From Gemmatimonadales bacterium (GTDB taxonomy: Bacteria; Gemmatimonadota; Gemmatimonadetes; Gemmatimonadales; GWC2-71-9): a DNA stretch of 64,000 nucleotides. Positions 36,911 through 46,090 of this stretch are shown here, piece after piece. Position numbers and translations under genes: made by a program. Under the pieces are notes generated by a model. That model did not search any database. It worked only from the letters and a program-made list of their open reading frames with translations, and had not been told where the DNA came from. The stretch covers positions 136 through 64,135 of the forward strand of contig DATEGY010000124.1 of NCBI GenBank assembly GCA_035279865.1, given 5' to 3'. Each line of letters opens with the position of its first letter. The stretch's first letter is position 1.

Positions 36911-37167
36911 ACCGGCACGACGAAACGGACGGTGATCGTCTCCGCGGTCTGCGGTTCCACCACGCAGAAGCATTCCCGCCCGATGATCCGCTTCACGCCG
37001 AGGACTTCGGCCTCGGCGATGCCGGTGACGTCGCGATAGACGATTTCGATGGTCCGCGCGTCGATCTGCCGGAATTTCACGGGCCGGTCGCGGAGCCGGT
37101 GATGCGGATCGACCCACCGCAATCCTTCCTCGAGCCGCTTTCGCAGGTCCTCGGTGTCGCCGATCAT
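36907..37167 (-). CDS. hypothetical small protein (86 aa)
   Basis: ATGA overlap with the queG stop suggests coupled translation. I recognised no family. Confidence 0.4.
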   Translation of the reverse strand: MIGDTEDLRKRLEEGLRWVDPHHRLRDRPVKFRQIDARTIEIVYRDVTGIAEAEVLGVKRIIGRECFCVVEPQTAETITVRFVVPV

Positions 37168-38120
37168 CGCAGCGCCTTCGCATTGCGCCGCATCCCGGCG
37201 AGCCCGGGGCGAGAGAATGGCGTGTCCTGGTACCGGCGCGCGAAGGCGTCTTCGGAAAGCTCCATGAGACCCGAGCTCGCCGGACTGACGAGTTCCGGAC
37301 GCGGTGCGAGCTCCGCGTCGCCCGCGACCGGCGCGAAGCGCTCATTCCAGGGACAGACGTCCTGACAGACGTCACAGCCGAACAGCCATTCGCCCGTCCG
37401 GGTCCGCTCCTCTTCCGTGAACTCGCCGCGGCGTTCGATGGTGAGGTAGGAAATGCACCGGCGGGCGTCGAGCGTGCGGGGCGCGACGAACGCGTCCGTG
37501 GGACAGGCATCGAGGCAGCGGGTGCAGGTGCCGCAGCGGTCCAGCTCGAAGGGGAGATCGGCCTCGAGCGGCGCGTCGGTGAGCACGACGCCGATGAACG
37601 TGAAGGAGCCCAGGTCGGGGCGGATCAGCATGGTGTTCTTCCCGATCCAGCCGAGGCCCGCGCGTTGCGCGAGCTCGCGTTCGGGAACGGGGCCGGCGTC
37701 GACGTACGCGCGCGAGGTGGACCCAGGTACCAGCCGGCCGATCTCAGCGGCCAGGGCGTCGAGCCGCTTCCCGAGGACGATGTGGTAGTCGGTGGACCAG
37801 GCGTACTGGGCGACCCGGGGACGTGACGCCGGTGCGGGTCCGTGATAGTAGTTGGTCAGCGTGACGACGGCGCAACGGGCATTCGGGAGGATGGATTGCG
37901 GATCTTTGCGCTTCGCGGCCTGACGATTCAGGTAGGTCATCGTGCCGCCATATCCCGCCGCGAGCCACTTCTCGATGAAGTCTCCGTGCGCACTCGGCTC
38001 GAGCGTACAGATCCCCACGGCGGAGAAGCCCAGCTCGAGTGCTCGACGCTTAACCCCGACGCCTTGCCTCTCGACGCTTTGTTTCTTGACGTCTTGTCTC
38101 TCGACGCCTTTCGTAGTCAC
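37164..38120 (-). CDS. queG: tRNA epoxyqueuosine(34) reductase QueG
   Basis: CGTCTRCLDACPTDAF and CDVCQDVCPWN ferredoxin-type clusters, with an ELGF...VGI N-terminal region. I chose GTG 38120 (GTGA overlap with the upstream small ORF, 318 aa). The track ORF extends to 38456. Confidence 0.85.
   Translation of the reverse strand: MTTKGVERQDVKKQSVERQGVGVKRRALELGFSAVGICTLEPSAHGDFIEKWLAAGYGGTMTYLNRQAAKRKDPQSILPNARCAVVTLTNYYHGPAPASRPRVAQYAWSTDYHIVLGKRLDALAAEIGRLVPGSTSRAYVDAGPVPERELAQRAGLGWIGKNTMLIRPDLGSFTFIGVVLTDAPLEADLPFELDRCGTCTRCLDACPTDAFVAPRTLDARRCISYLTIERRGEFTEEERTRTGEWLFGCDVCQDVCPWNERFAPVAGDAELAPRPELVSPASSGLMELSEDAFARRYQDTPFSRPGLAGMRRNAKALR
38043..38115. repeat. tandem 15-bp repeat, about 5 copies (consensus TCGACGCYTTGYCTC on the + strand)
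   Basis: GACG cores sit at 38045, 38058, 38073, 38088 and 38103, giving spacings of 13, 15, 15 and 15. On the minus strand this encodes pentapeptide repeats VERQD/VKKQS/VERQG at the queG 5' end. Confidence 0.7.
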
Positions 38121-38383
38121 AGCCCCATCGTCTCTCTGCGCCACCGGGCAAACCTGACTACGTCCTCGACCGGTGGGATTGCTCCTTCGTCGCCATACGC
38201 CGTGAACATCCTCCAGCGCAGGTATTCGCGGGGCGGAAGCGGCAGGAAGGGGAAGCGGGTGAGCCAATTCCGGGCGCGGAAACTCCACGCGAGGCGAAGC
38301 AGATCCACGGCGAGCCTGGGGGAAAGCACGGCGCGCACGGTCAGGCGGAGGTAGAACGCGGACCAACTCGCGGGAGCCTGCAT
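38117..38383 (-). CDS. hypothetical small protein (88 aa)
   Basis: RFPFLPLPPREYLRWRMFTAYGDEGAIPPVEDVVRFARWRRE has a conserved-looking, non-low-complexity composition. Its stop overlaps the queG GTG. Confidence 0.45.
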   Translation of the reverse strand: MQAPASWSAFYLRLTVRAVLSPRLAVDLLRLAWSFRARNWLTRFPFLPLPPREYLRWRMFTAYGDEGAIPPVEDVVRFARWRRETMGL

Positions 38384-38406
38384 GCGCCTCGTATATTTGC
38401 CGGTCT

Positions 38407-39588
38407 ATGACGCTCGCCAGCGGTCGCGCCGCGCGGCCCGACCCCTCGCTTCCCACGTCTCTGGCGCGCTACCGCAGCGAATTCCCGGTCTTCACGGACA
38501 CCATCTACCTCAACACCTGTTCGCTGGGCGCCCTGGGTGCCCGTTCCCGGCGGAAAGTTACCGAATTCCTGGACGGCTGGGAAAAGCGTGGAGCATCTGC
38601 CTGGTATGACGTCTGGTGGGAGGCTCTCCAGGAACTCCGCACCCGGTACGGCAGCCTGATCGGCGCGAGGGCATCGGAAATCGCCCTCGCTCCCAATATC
38701 TCGACGGCCGTGGGCACGGTGGCCAGCGCGCTCGACTATCGCTCCCGACCAAAGGTCGTCGTCACGTCCCTCGACTTCCCGACCGTCGCCTATCAGTGGC
38801 TGGCCCGGCGCCCGGACGGAGTCGAGGTCGTGGTGGTGGAGAGTCCGGATGGTGTGACGGTCCCCGTGGACGCGATCGCCCGGGCCATCGACTCCCGCAC
38901 CGCCCTGGTGGCCACGTCACACGTCTTTTTCACTACCGGCGCCATCCAGGACATTCGCGCGGTGGCCCAGGCGGCTCACGCGAAGGGTGCGCTCTGCCTC
39001 ATCGATGCCTATCACTCCGTCGGCCAGCTCCCGGTGGACGTACGCGAGGCCGACGTGGATTTCCTCGTCTCCGGAGGATTGAAGTGGCTCCTCGGCGGAC
39101 CCGGGGTCGTCTTCCTCTATGTACGGGACTCCCTGGCGCGGACACTCGAACCGACCCTCGCCGGCTGGTTCGGCCATCGTGACCAGTTCGCCTTCGACCC
39201 CGGCCGGCTCACCCGGCACGACGACGCCCGCCGCTTCGAGCTGGGAACGCCCGCGCTGGCCGCGGTGCACGCCCAGCTGGGCGGGCTGGAATACATCGAA
39301 GAGATCGGGATCCCGGCCATCCGGCAGGCCTCCATGGCGCTGGCCGAGGATCTCATCGCCCGCGCCCGGGAGCGGGGCTGGGTTCCTCGTGTAGCTTCCT
39401 CGCCGGCCGACCGCTCCGCGATCGTCATGCTCCCGAGCGCCGACCCGCACGCGGCCGTCCGGCATCTCGCGCAGGCCCGGATCATCGCGGACGCCCGGCC
39501 CGGTCACGTCCGCCTTTCACCTTTCTTCTACAACGTGCAGGAAGACCATGTCGCAGCAATCGAGCAGCTCGCCCAAATCGACCACTGA
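38407..39588 (+). CDS. class V aminotransferase-fold PLP enzyme (cysteine desulfurase / kynureninase-like)
   Basis: FPVFTDTIYLNTCSLGAL, HVFFTTG, DAYHSVG and SGGLKWLLGGPG (PLP-Lys region). Confidence 0.8.
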   Translation: MTLASGRAARPDPSLPTSLARYRSEFPVFTDTIYLNTCSLGALGARSRRKVTEFLDGWEKRGASAWYDVWWEALQELRTRYGSLIGARASEIALAPNISTAVGTVASALDYRSRPKVVVTSLDFPTVAYQWLARRPDGVEVVVVESPDGVTVPVDAIARAIDSRTALVATSHVFFTTGAIQDIRAVAQAAHAKGALCLIDAYHSVGQLPVDVREADVDFLVSGGLKWLLGGPGVVFLYVRDSLARTLEPTLAGWFGHRDQFAFDPGRLTRHDDARRFELGTPALAAVHAQLGGLEYIEEIGIPAIRQASMALAEDLIARARERGWVPRVASSPADRSAIVMLPSADPHAAVRHLAQARIIADARPGHVRLSPFFYNVQEDHVAAIEQLAQIDH

Positions 39589-40294
39589 GGACGAACGACT
39601 CCTCGCGGCGCCCACCGCCAACGAGCGGCGGTCGTTCACCCATTCGGACCCCTGGCGGGTGCTCCGGATCATGGGGGAGTTCGTCGAGGGATTCGACACT
39701 CTGCACGACGTCCGGAACGCCGTCACGATCTTCGGCTCGGCCCGCACGCGCACCGACGACGCAGTGTACGAGCAGGCCATTCTCACCGCCAAGCTGCTCG
39801 CCTCGGAGGGGTTTCCGGTCATCACGGGCGGCGGCCCCGGTGTCATGGAAGCCGCCAACCGGGGGGCACAGGAGGGGAACGGCCTCTCGATCGGCTGCAA
39901 TATCGAGTTGCCGTTCGAGCAGCATCTCAATCCGTACGTCGAGCGGTCCATCAATTTCCGGTACTTCTTCGTCCGGAAGACCATGTTCGTGAAGTACTCG
40001 ACCGCCTTCGTAGTTTTCCCGGGCGGATTCGGCACGCTGGACGAGCTCTTCGAGGCGCTCACGCTGATTCAGACCGGCAAGGTCAAACACTTTCCGGTGG
40101 TCCTGATGGGCACGAAGTACTGGGGCGGACTGATCGACTGGCTCCGCGACCGGGTGGCGGGCGAGGGCAAGATCGCCACCGAAGACCTGAACCTGATTCA
40201 CCTGACGGACGATCCGGCGGACGCGGTCCGCTGGATCACCAAGGCCCGTGAGCGCCGCACCGCGGCGCACGCGGCCTCCACCCACAACCCCTAG
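39548..40294 (+). CDS. LOG-family (TIGR00730) nucleotide phosphoribohydrolase
   Basis: [14 protein letters not shown] and [12 protein letters not shown] signature motifs. Confidence 0.85.
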   Translation: MSQQSSSSPKSTTEDERLLAAPTANERRSFTHSDPWRVLRIMGEFVEGFDTLHDVRNAVTIFGSARTRTDDAVYEQAILTAKLLASEGFPVITGGGPGVMEAANRGAQEGNGLSIGCNIELPFEQHLNPYVERSINFRYFFVRKTMFVKYSTAFVVFPGGFGTLDELFEALTLIQTGKVKHFPVVLMGTKYWGGLIDWLRDRVAGEGKIATEDLNLIHLTDDPADAVRWITKARERRTAAHAASTHNP

Positions 40295-40304
40295 CGATGA
40301 ACCG

Positions 40305-41438
40305 ATGACTCGATCTCAGTATCTCCGTGGCCAGCGCATCGACCCCCGCTCGATCTCCGGGAAGGAGACGGTCGCGGAGCTGATCGACAACGCGTTCCTG
40401 GCTTACAACGCCGGACGCATGCGCGAAGGCTGCCGCCTCTTCGTCGAGCGCATGCTCGCTCCCGACTGCACGGTGGGCATGAGCCTCACGGGCGCGATGA
40501 CACCGGCGGGCCTGGGTATGTCGACCATCATCCCGCTGATCGAAGCGGGATTCATCGACTGGATCGTGTCCACCGGCGCGAATCTCTACCACGACTCCCA
40601 CTTCGGTCTCGGCCTGGCGATGCACCAGGGCACGCCGTTCGCCGACGACGTGGTCCTCCGCGAAGAAGGCGTCGTCCGCATCTACGACATCTTTTTCGAC
40701 TACGAAGTCCTGCTCTCCACCGACGCGTACATCCGCGAGGTGAGCGCGGGCCCCGAGTTCCAACGGTCCATGAGCACGGCCGAGTATCACTACCTCCTGG
40801 GTGGGTACATCCTGGAGCGCGAAAAGAAGCTCGGCATCACCCGGAAGTCGGTCCTGGGGGTGGCGCATCAGTGCAGCGTGCCGATCTACACCTCGAGTCC
40901 GGGGGACTCGTCCATCGGCATGAACGTCGCAGAGCAGGCGCTCGCCGGTTCGAAGCTCCGGTACGACGTGAGCGCCGACGTGAACGAGACCGCGGCCATC
41001 GTCTATCAGGCGAAACAGGGAGACGGCACGTCGGGCGTCCTGATCGCGGGGGGCGGGAGCCCGAAGAATTTCGTCCTCCAGACGGAGCCACAGATCCAGG
41101 AAGTGCTGGGGATCAGCGAGAAGGGGCACGACTACTTCCTTCAGCTGACCGACGCGCGGCCCGACACCGGAGGTCTGTCAGGCGCGACCCCGGCAGAGGC
41201 GGTGAGCTGGGGCAAGATCGATCCCGACAAACTGCCGGGCACGGTGGTGTGCTACACGGACAACACGGTCGCCTTGCCGCTCCTCGCGTCCTACGCGCTG
41301 GCCAAGCGTCAGCCGAGGCCGTTGAAGCGCCTCTATGACCGCCGGGCCGCGATGATGGCGGATCTGATGAAAGCCTACGAGAAGGCCCGGAAGTCGCGCG
41401 ATGCCCGCGCGGAGGCCGCCACTGGCGGACGCGCGTAA
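40305..41438 (+). CDS. deoxyhypusine synthase-like protein (possible homospermidine synthase)
   Basis: [13 protein letters not shown]...[14 protein letters not shown] and GGGSPKNF are typical of the DHS family. I chose ATG 40305 rather than the track start at 40248. Confidence 0.85.
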   Translation: MTRSQYLRGQRIDPRSISGKETVAELIDNAFLAYNAGRMREGCRLFVERMLAPDCTVGMSLTGAMTPAGLGMSTIIPLIEAGFIDWIVSTGANLYHDSHFGLGLAMHQGTPFADDVVLREEGVVRIYDIFFDYEVLLSTDAYIREVSAGPEFQRSMSTAEYHYLLGGYILEREKKLGITRKSVLGVAHQCSVPIYTSSPGDSSIGMNVAEQALAGSKLRYDVSADVNETAAIVYQAKQGDGTSGVLIAGGGSPKNFVLQTEPQIQEVLGISEKGHDYFLQLTDARPDTGGLSGATPAEAVSWGKIDPDKLPGTVVCYTDNTVALPLLASYALAKRQPRPLKRLYDRRAAMMADLMKAYEKARKSRDARAEAATGGRA

Positions 41439-42930
41439 CAGCGGGGCGTCGTCGGTCGTCGGCTCCAGGACGTACGCCGGATACGTCCTGGGGCTCCTCA
41501 CGCTGATCAATCTCCTCAACTACCTCGACCGGAACGTCGTCTTCGCGGTCTTCGAGCCCGTCAAGCACGAGCTCCACGTCACCGACCAGCAACTCGGCTG
41601 GCTCGGATCGGCGTACATCATCCTGCTCTCGCTGTGTTCGATTCCCCTCGGCGTGCTCGGGGACCTGAAGTCCCGGCGCGTCGTCATCGCCTGGAGTCTC
41701 GGGTTCTGGAGCCTCGTGACCTCCGCCGCCGGGTTCGTGCGCGGATTTGGCCAGCTGGCGGTGTGCCGGGCCTTTGCGGGAGTTGGCGAAGCGGGATACT
41801 CACCGGCGTCGCAGGCGATCATCGCCGATTACTACAAAGGGCGCGCGCGTGCGTTCGCCATGGGGATCTACTCGGTCGGAACGGCCGTGGGAGGGATCCT
41901 CGGCATCTGGCTCGGCGGCGTGATCGCGGCGCGCTATGGGTGGCGGTGGGCGTTCATCCCCATGGGCATCCCCGGCCTGCTCCTGGCCGCCGGCGCGGCG
42001 CGGATTCGCGAGGTGGATCAGCGCGCACCGGCGCCGGTTCGTACCACCTTGCTCAAGTGGTATCGCACCGGCGTACGCCACGTGATCCGCTACGTCCTTC
42101 CCGTCGCCGGAGTATCCGCGCTCGGCGCGATCGCGGCCGCCGTCCTCGATCTGACGTTCGGATTCTCGTTCGACGTCTCGATGGCCGTGTTCGGCGTATT
42201 CGTCGCCCTCGGGTTGATGTGGACGGTGGCGCGCCTGGTTCCCGTAGCCATCCAGCGCACCGCTGCGGCGGGTGACGTCGCTGCGTCAGCGGTGGAAGAC
42301 TTCCTCGAATCGGCCACCGTGGTCCTCCGCACCCCGACGCTCATCTGGGTCTTCATCGGCGGCGCCATGGTGACGTTCGCCGTGAACGGGTTGATCGCCT
42401 GGGCCTCCACGTTCATGGCCCGAGTGCACCACCTGTCGGTTCCCGACTTCAGCGCCCTGTTCGGCCCCTGGGCACTGGCCGGCGGGATCTCGGGTGTGCT
42501 CGCGGGTGGCAAGATCGGCGACTGGCTGCAGGTCCGCTGGGCCGGCGGCCGTGTCATCGCGTCAGGAGCCGGATTCATCCTCGGCGGCCCCCTGGTCGCC
42601 TGGCTCCTGTTTTCAGGGAGTCTGAAGGGCTTCGCACCGCTCCTGTTCGGCATTTACTTCTTCTATACCTGGTACAACGGACCCCTCGCGGCGGTGATCT
42701 TCGATGTCGTGCCGGCCGCCGTACGGGCGTCGGTGACGGGGGCGTTCGTGCTCTTCTCCCATCTTGCCGGAGACGCCCTCGCACCCCCACTGGTGGGTTA
42801 CCTGTCGGACCAGACCAAGAGCATTCAAACGGCGATGATGATTCTGCCGGTGGCCGGCGTGGTGGGAGGGTGCGTGATTCTCGTGGCGCTCAGGACCGTA
42901 GCGCGGGACATGAAACGGGTGAAGAAGTGA
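41401..42930 (+). CDS. MFS transporter (Spinster-like)
   Basis: LNYLDRNV near the N-terminus and about 12 TM helices. Confidence 0.8.
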   Translation: MPARRPPLADARNSGASSVVGSRTYAGYVLGLLTLINLLNYLDRNVVFAVFEPVKHELHVTDQQLGWLGSAYIILLSLCSIPLGVLGDLKSRRVVIAWSLGFWSLVTSAAGFVRGFGQLAVCRAFAGVGEAGYSPASQAIIADYYKGRARAFAMGIYSVGTAVGGILGIWLGGVIAARYGWRWAFIPMGIPGLLLAAGAARIREVDQRAPAPVRTTLLKWYRTGVRHVIRYVLPVAGVSALGAIAAAVLDLTFGFSFDVSMAVFGVFVALGLMWTVARLVPVAIQRTAAAGDVAASAVEDFLESATVVLRTPTLIWVFIGGAMVTFAVNGLIAWASTFMARVHHLSVPDFSALFGPWALAGGISGVLAGGKIGDWLQVRWAGGRVIASGAGFILGGPLVAWLLFSGSLKGFAPLLFGIYFFYTWYNGPLAAVIFDVVPAAVRASVTGAFVLFSHLAGDALAPPLVGYLSDQTKSIQTAMMILPVAGVVGGCVILVALRTVARDMKRVKK

Positions 42931-43919
42931 GCCGCCGGCAGACGCCGCACCCCGAGCTGCGCTGCACCCGCTGCCGCGCCGAGCTGGAGCGGTTCTGGGC
43001 GTACTGTCCGAACTGCGCCAAGGCCCTCGTGTGGGGTGACGCGCAGCGCGAGACCGGCGCCGAGTGTGCGTACTGCCGGTGGATGGTGTCGGACACATTT
43101 TCGTTCTGCCCCTGGTGCGGCCGGAACATCCACGACCGGCAATCCTCGCTCGAGCCGCTCAAGGCGCCGAAGGGGTTCAAGTATCACGCCCGCTGCGATT
43201 GGGGGTGCGGCGGAGGTGTGATGTACCCCATGCAGTGGTGTCCCTGGTGCGGGCGGGAACAGATCTGGCGTTACACCCACTTCCAGAACATCTGTCCGCA
43301 TTGCGACAAGGGCGTCGACGACTGGATGGACACCTGCCCCTGGTGCGGCGAGGACGCCACCGGACGGGTCCTGATCCCGCGGGCGCTGACGCGCGCGCGC
43401 CGCCTCCTGGTGGTCAGCCGGGTCACCGACTGGAACTACCGGATCCTCCTGCGCCCCGGCGTCTCGGGCGTGGATCCGGATGCGCCCAAGGTCATCGAGA
43501 TCGACCGCCGGTACGTCACCGCCAAACGGCATCGGGACGAGATCAGCTGGAACATGCTCACCGGGCTCATCCTCCATGAGCTGGGGCACTCGTTCCTCTA
43601 TCATCACTGGTCCTGGACCACTACCGGGCGTTTCCGCCGTGCCTTCGGCGAAGTGCGGAAGGCGTACCGGGTGGCGGACGAGCACTGGGTGGACTTCGAG
43701 CGGCGGCGGATCGCCACCACGCTGCCCGACTATGTGAGCGTGTATGCGGCCACTCACCCTCAGGAAGATTTCGCCGAGACCTTCCGGTTCTACGTGGGCC
43801 GGCGGGGGAAACTGCGCGAGCTCTTCGGGGAGTTCGGCCGGAAGCGGAAGGGCGTGCAGCTCTTCGAGAAATTCCTCGTGCTGCACGACTACGTTCGCAG
43901 CCTCAGGGGGTGGCGGTAG
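42927..43919 (+). CDS. protein with four tandem zinc ribbons fused to a putative HExxH zinc metallopeptidase-like domain
   Basis: Four CxxC...CPxC units (CTRC/CPNC, CAYC/CPWC, CDWGC/CPWC, CPHC/CPWC), followed by ILHELGHSF and HPQEDFAETF. GTG 42927 overlaps the MFS stop (GTGA). Confidence 0.65.
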   Translation: MSRRQTPHPELRCTRCRAELERFWAYCPNCAKALVWGDAQRETGAECAYCRWMVSDTFSFCPWCGRNIHDRQSSLEPLKAPKGFKYHARCDWGCGGGVMYPMQWCPWCGREQIWRYTHFQNICPHCDKGVDDWMDTCPWCGEDATGRVLIPRALTRARRLLVVSRVTDWNYRILLRPGVSGVDPDAPKVIEIDRRYVTAKRHRDEISWNMLTGLILHELGHSFLYHHWSWTTTGRFRRAFGEVRKAYRVADEHWVDFERRRIATTLPDYVSVYAATHPQEDFAETFRFYVGRRGKLRELFGEFGRKRKGVQLFEKFLVLHDYVRSLRGWR

Positions 43920-44140
43920 GGCCGTGGCAGAGTCGCCACAGACCACAATCGTCACATCAGGTAACACCTGGTAACGTGTTGAAACACAACGTAAATCAAT
44001 ATTAAATAAGCGTTTACGAGCCTCATTCGGAGTCCCCGGAGCTGGCCCCGATGGCCCGGAACCTGCGAATCGCCTCTGCGGGGTGGTGCCTTCACGCCCG
44101 AAGGTTGCCGCCAAACCAGACCAGTCAGAGAGGGGTTCGG

Positions 44141-44782
44141 ATGAAGGGTCTCCGTTGGATCACCTTCGGCGCCGCGCTGGCGTTCGTGGCCACACCGGCT
44201 TCCGCGCAAAACAACGTCCGGTTGCAGATGGACAGCGCCGGACACACGGTGTTCGGCGGCGTCTATGTCGGCCCCTACTTCGCGCATCAGGTCGGCGCGC
44301 CGGGCCAACCTGAGATGGACGTGTTCTGCGTGGATTACAACCACGAGATCAGCCTCGGACAGCAGTGGAACGCGAATTTCTCGGTTCTAAACGGCGACTT
44401 GAGCAAGACCCGGTTCAAGAACCTCACCTGGTATTCCGAGGCCGCCTGGCTCGACATGCAGTTCGCGACGACGTCGAAGAACCAGTGGGGACTCCTCCAC
44501 TACGCAATCTGGAACATCACCTCGCCGGGCACGCCGAACCTTGGCGGCCTCAGCTCGGGGGACCGGAACACGGTCCTGGGCTACATCAATGCGGCGCAGC
44601 ATAACTACGGCCAAGTCAACCTGGCGTATTGGGACGTGGTGACCGACGTCAACACGGTGAACGGCCAGTATGGCGTCCAGGAATACCTGACTCAGGTTAC
44701 TCCCGAGCCCGGCACCATCATTCTGCTCGGAACGGGCCTCCTGCTCATCGGCGGCGTGGCGGTCAAGCGGAATATCGCGTAG
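44141..44782 (+). CDS. PEP-CTERM sorting-domain secreted protein
   Basis: Signal peptide MKGLRWITFGAALAFVATPASAQ. The C-terminus VTPEPGTIILLGTGLLLIGGVAVKRNIA is a PEP motif, TM helix and basic tail. GAGAGGGG lies upstream of ATG 44141. Confidence 0.8.
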   Translation: MKGLRWITFGAALAFVATPASAQNNVRLQMDSAGHTVFGGVYVGPYFAHQVGAPGQPEMDVFCVDYNHEISLGQQWNANFSVLNGDLSKTRFKNLTWYSEAAWLDMQFATTSKNQWGLLHYAIWNITSPGTPNLGGLSSGDRNTVLGYINAAQHNYGQVNLAYWDVVTDVNTVNGQYGVQEYLTQVTPEPGTIILLGTGLLLIGGVAVKRNIA

Positions 44783-44863
44783 CCAGAGCGCCGTCCGGCG
44801 ACGGTGCGCGGGGAGAGGGCTGGAACATTATGTTTCAGCCCGTTTCCTTTTTCGGGATGCTGA

Positions 44864-45358
44864 ATGTCACTGCGTGTTGAAGAGGCCCTCGACCGGCTGG
44901 CCGGCCCCATCTACTGCGTTGGGGCCCTCTTCGTCGCCACTCCCATCTTCGATTTCGTGATGAACGTCTGGCCCCCGGCGCCCGGTATGGCGGAGTGGCG
45001 GTATGGCGCCATCGGACTCTTCGCGGGGTTCACCCTGTCCCCGCTTCTGGGCTCCGCCTTGATCGTGTGGGTCGCCCTGGTGCGGGGGGACCGGCGGACC
45101 CAGACCCTGATGGCCATCCTCAATCTCACCGCCGCGGTCCTCCTGCTCCCCCTGTGCGTCGACTTCATTCTGGACGTGGTCCAGCTGCGCTCGCACATCG
45201 CCGACCGCCCCGACGCGCGGTGGAGTTACTATGCCGGGGCCGCGAAGTCCCTGATCAAGTACCTGACCATCATGGCGGCGCTGGCCTGGCTCGGACGGAC
45301 GGGGTGGCGTTCCCGGCCCACGCAGAGCACGGACCCCATCGTCGTTCGGAGATCCTGA
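44864..45358 (+). CDS. hypothetical membrane protein (about 4 TM)
   Basis: Four hydrophobic segments. Its stop overlaps the next start (TGATG). Confidence 0.5.
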   Translation: MSLRVEEALDRLAGPIYCVGALFVATPIFDFVMNVWPPAPGMAEWRYGAIGLFAGFTLSPLLGSALIVWVALVRGDRRTQTLMAILNLTAAVLLLPLCVDFILDVVQLRSHIADRPDARWSYYAGAAKSLIKYLTIMAALAWLGRTGWRSRPTQSTDPIVVRRS

Positions 45359-46080
45359 TGCGCGCGAAGCTTCTGCTCCTGGTCGCCGCCTCGGTCGCCG
45401 GGCCGTTGGCGGCGCAGGCTCCATCCGCGGACACCACGAAGCTGTCGTTCGGCCTGGGCCTGGTGACGACCGGCGGCAACACGAGCGTCACGACATTCAA
45501 CTTCGGCAACAGTTTCTCCTACATCTCCCAGCCGTGGGTGCTGTCCGAAGCGGCGTCCATGATCTACGGCTCGACGCACGATACCGTGAACAACGATCAG
45601 TACCATCTCCTGCTCCGCGTGGACCACGGCGTGCACGACGGCATCTCGGCGTATCTTTACGGCGCCTTCGATCGCGACCGGTTCGCCGGCATCGTGTCCC
45701 GGTACCAGGAAGCGCTGGGCGTCGCGTGGAAGGCGGTGGAGCAGCCGATGGACCTGCTGACGCTCGAGGCCGGCGTGTCGGAGAACCAGCAGCGGGACGT
45801 GGGCAGCAGTGCGACCGGGTCGTTCGCCGCGGCGCGCGCGGCCGCGACCTACAAACACAGTTTCAACAAGACCGCGTACGCGCAGGAAGCGGCGGAGCTG
45901 CTTCCCGACCTCAAGCACAGCAAGAATCTCCGGATCAACTCGGAGACGGATCTCGTGGCCCCGTTGTCTACGGTCTTCTCGATCAAGGTCGGCTACGTGA
46001 TCCGGTTCGACAATTTGCCCCCTCCGGGGTTCAAGAAGACGGATCGGATTCTCACCACGGGAATTCAGATCACGTTCTAA
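45358..46080 (+). CDS. DUF481 (YdiY-like) outer-membrane beta-barrel protein
   Basis: Signal peptide MRAKLLLLVAASVAGPLAAQA, alternating beta-strand pattern, DNLPPPGFKKTDRILTTGIQITF with a terminal Phe. Confidence 0.72.
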   Translation: MRAKLLLLVAASVAGPLAAQAPSADTTKLSFGLGLVTTGGNTSVTTFNFGNSFSYISQPWVLSEAASMIYGSTHDTVNNDQYHLLLRVDHGVHDGISAYLYGAFDRDRFAGIVSRYQEALGVAWKAVEQPMDLLTLEAGVSENQQRDVGSSATGSFAAARAAATYKHSFNKTAYAQEAAELLPDLKHSKNLRINSETDLVAPLSTVFSIKVGYVIRFDNLPPPGFKKTDRILTTGIQITF

Positions 46081-46090
46081 GGAGGATCAC

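Noticed and set aside
38043-38115. CRISPR array check: the 15-bp tandem repeats here, the 48341-48388 ATGCCG microsatellite and the direct repeats at 26018-26064.
   Set aside because: The units are contiguous with no unique spacers of 25-40 bp, the repeat length is too short, and no cas genes are present. I saw no CRISPR array in the window.
43968-43984. Sigma-54-like promoter (CTGGTAACGTGTTGAAA) upstream of the PEP-CTERM gene.
   Set aside because: GG and the downstream TTG are present, but the -12 element is TTGA rather than TTGC and the spacing is off by one from TGGCAC-N5-TTGC. The match is too weak to call.
42825-44114. 429-codon ORF antisense to the zinc-ribbon / HExxH gene.
   Set aside because: The + strand product has sixteen regularly spaced Cys in CxxC/CPxC pairs and an HExxH motif, which is unlikely by chance. 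The minus-strand product is featureless, and it would also run through the AT-rich intergenic region.
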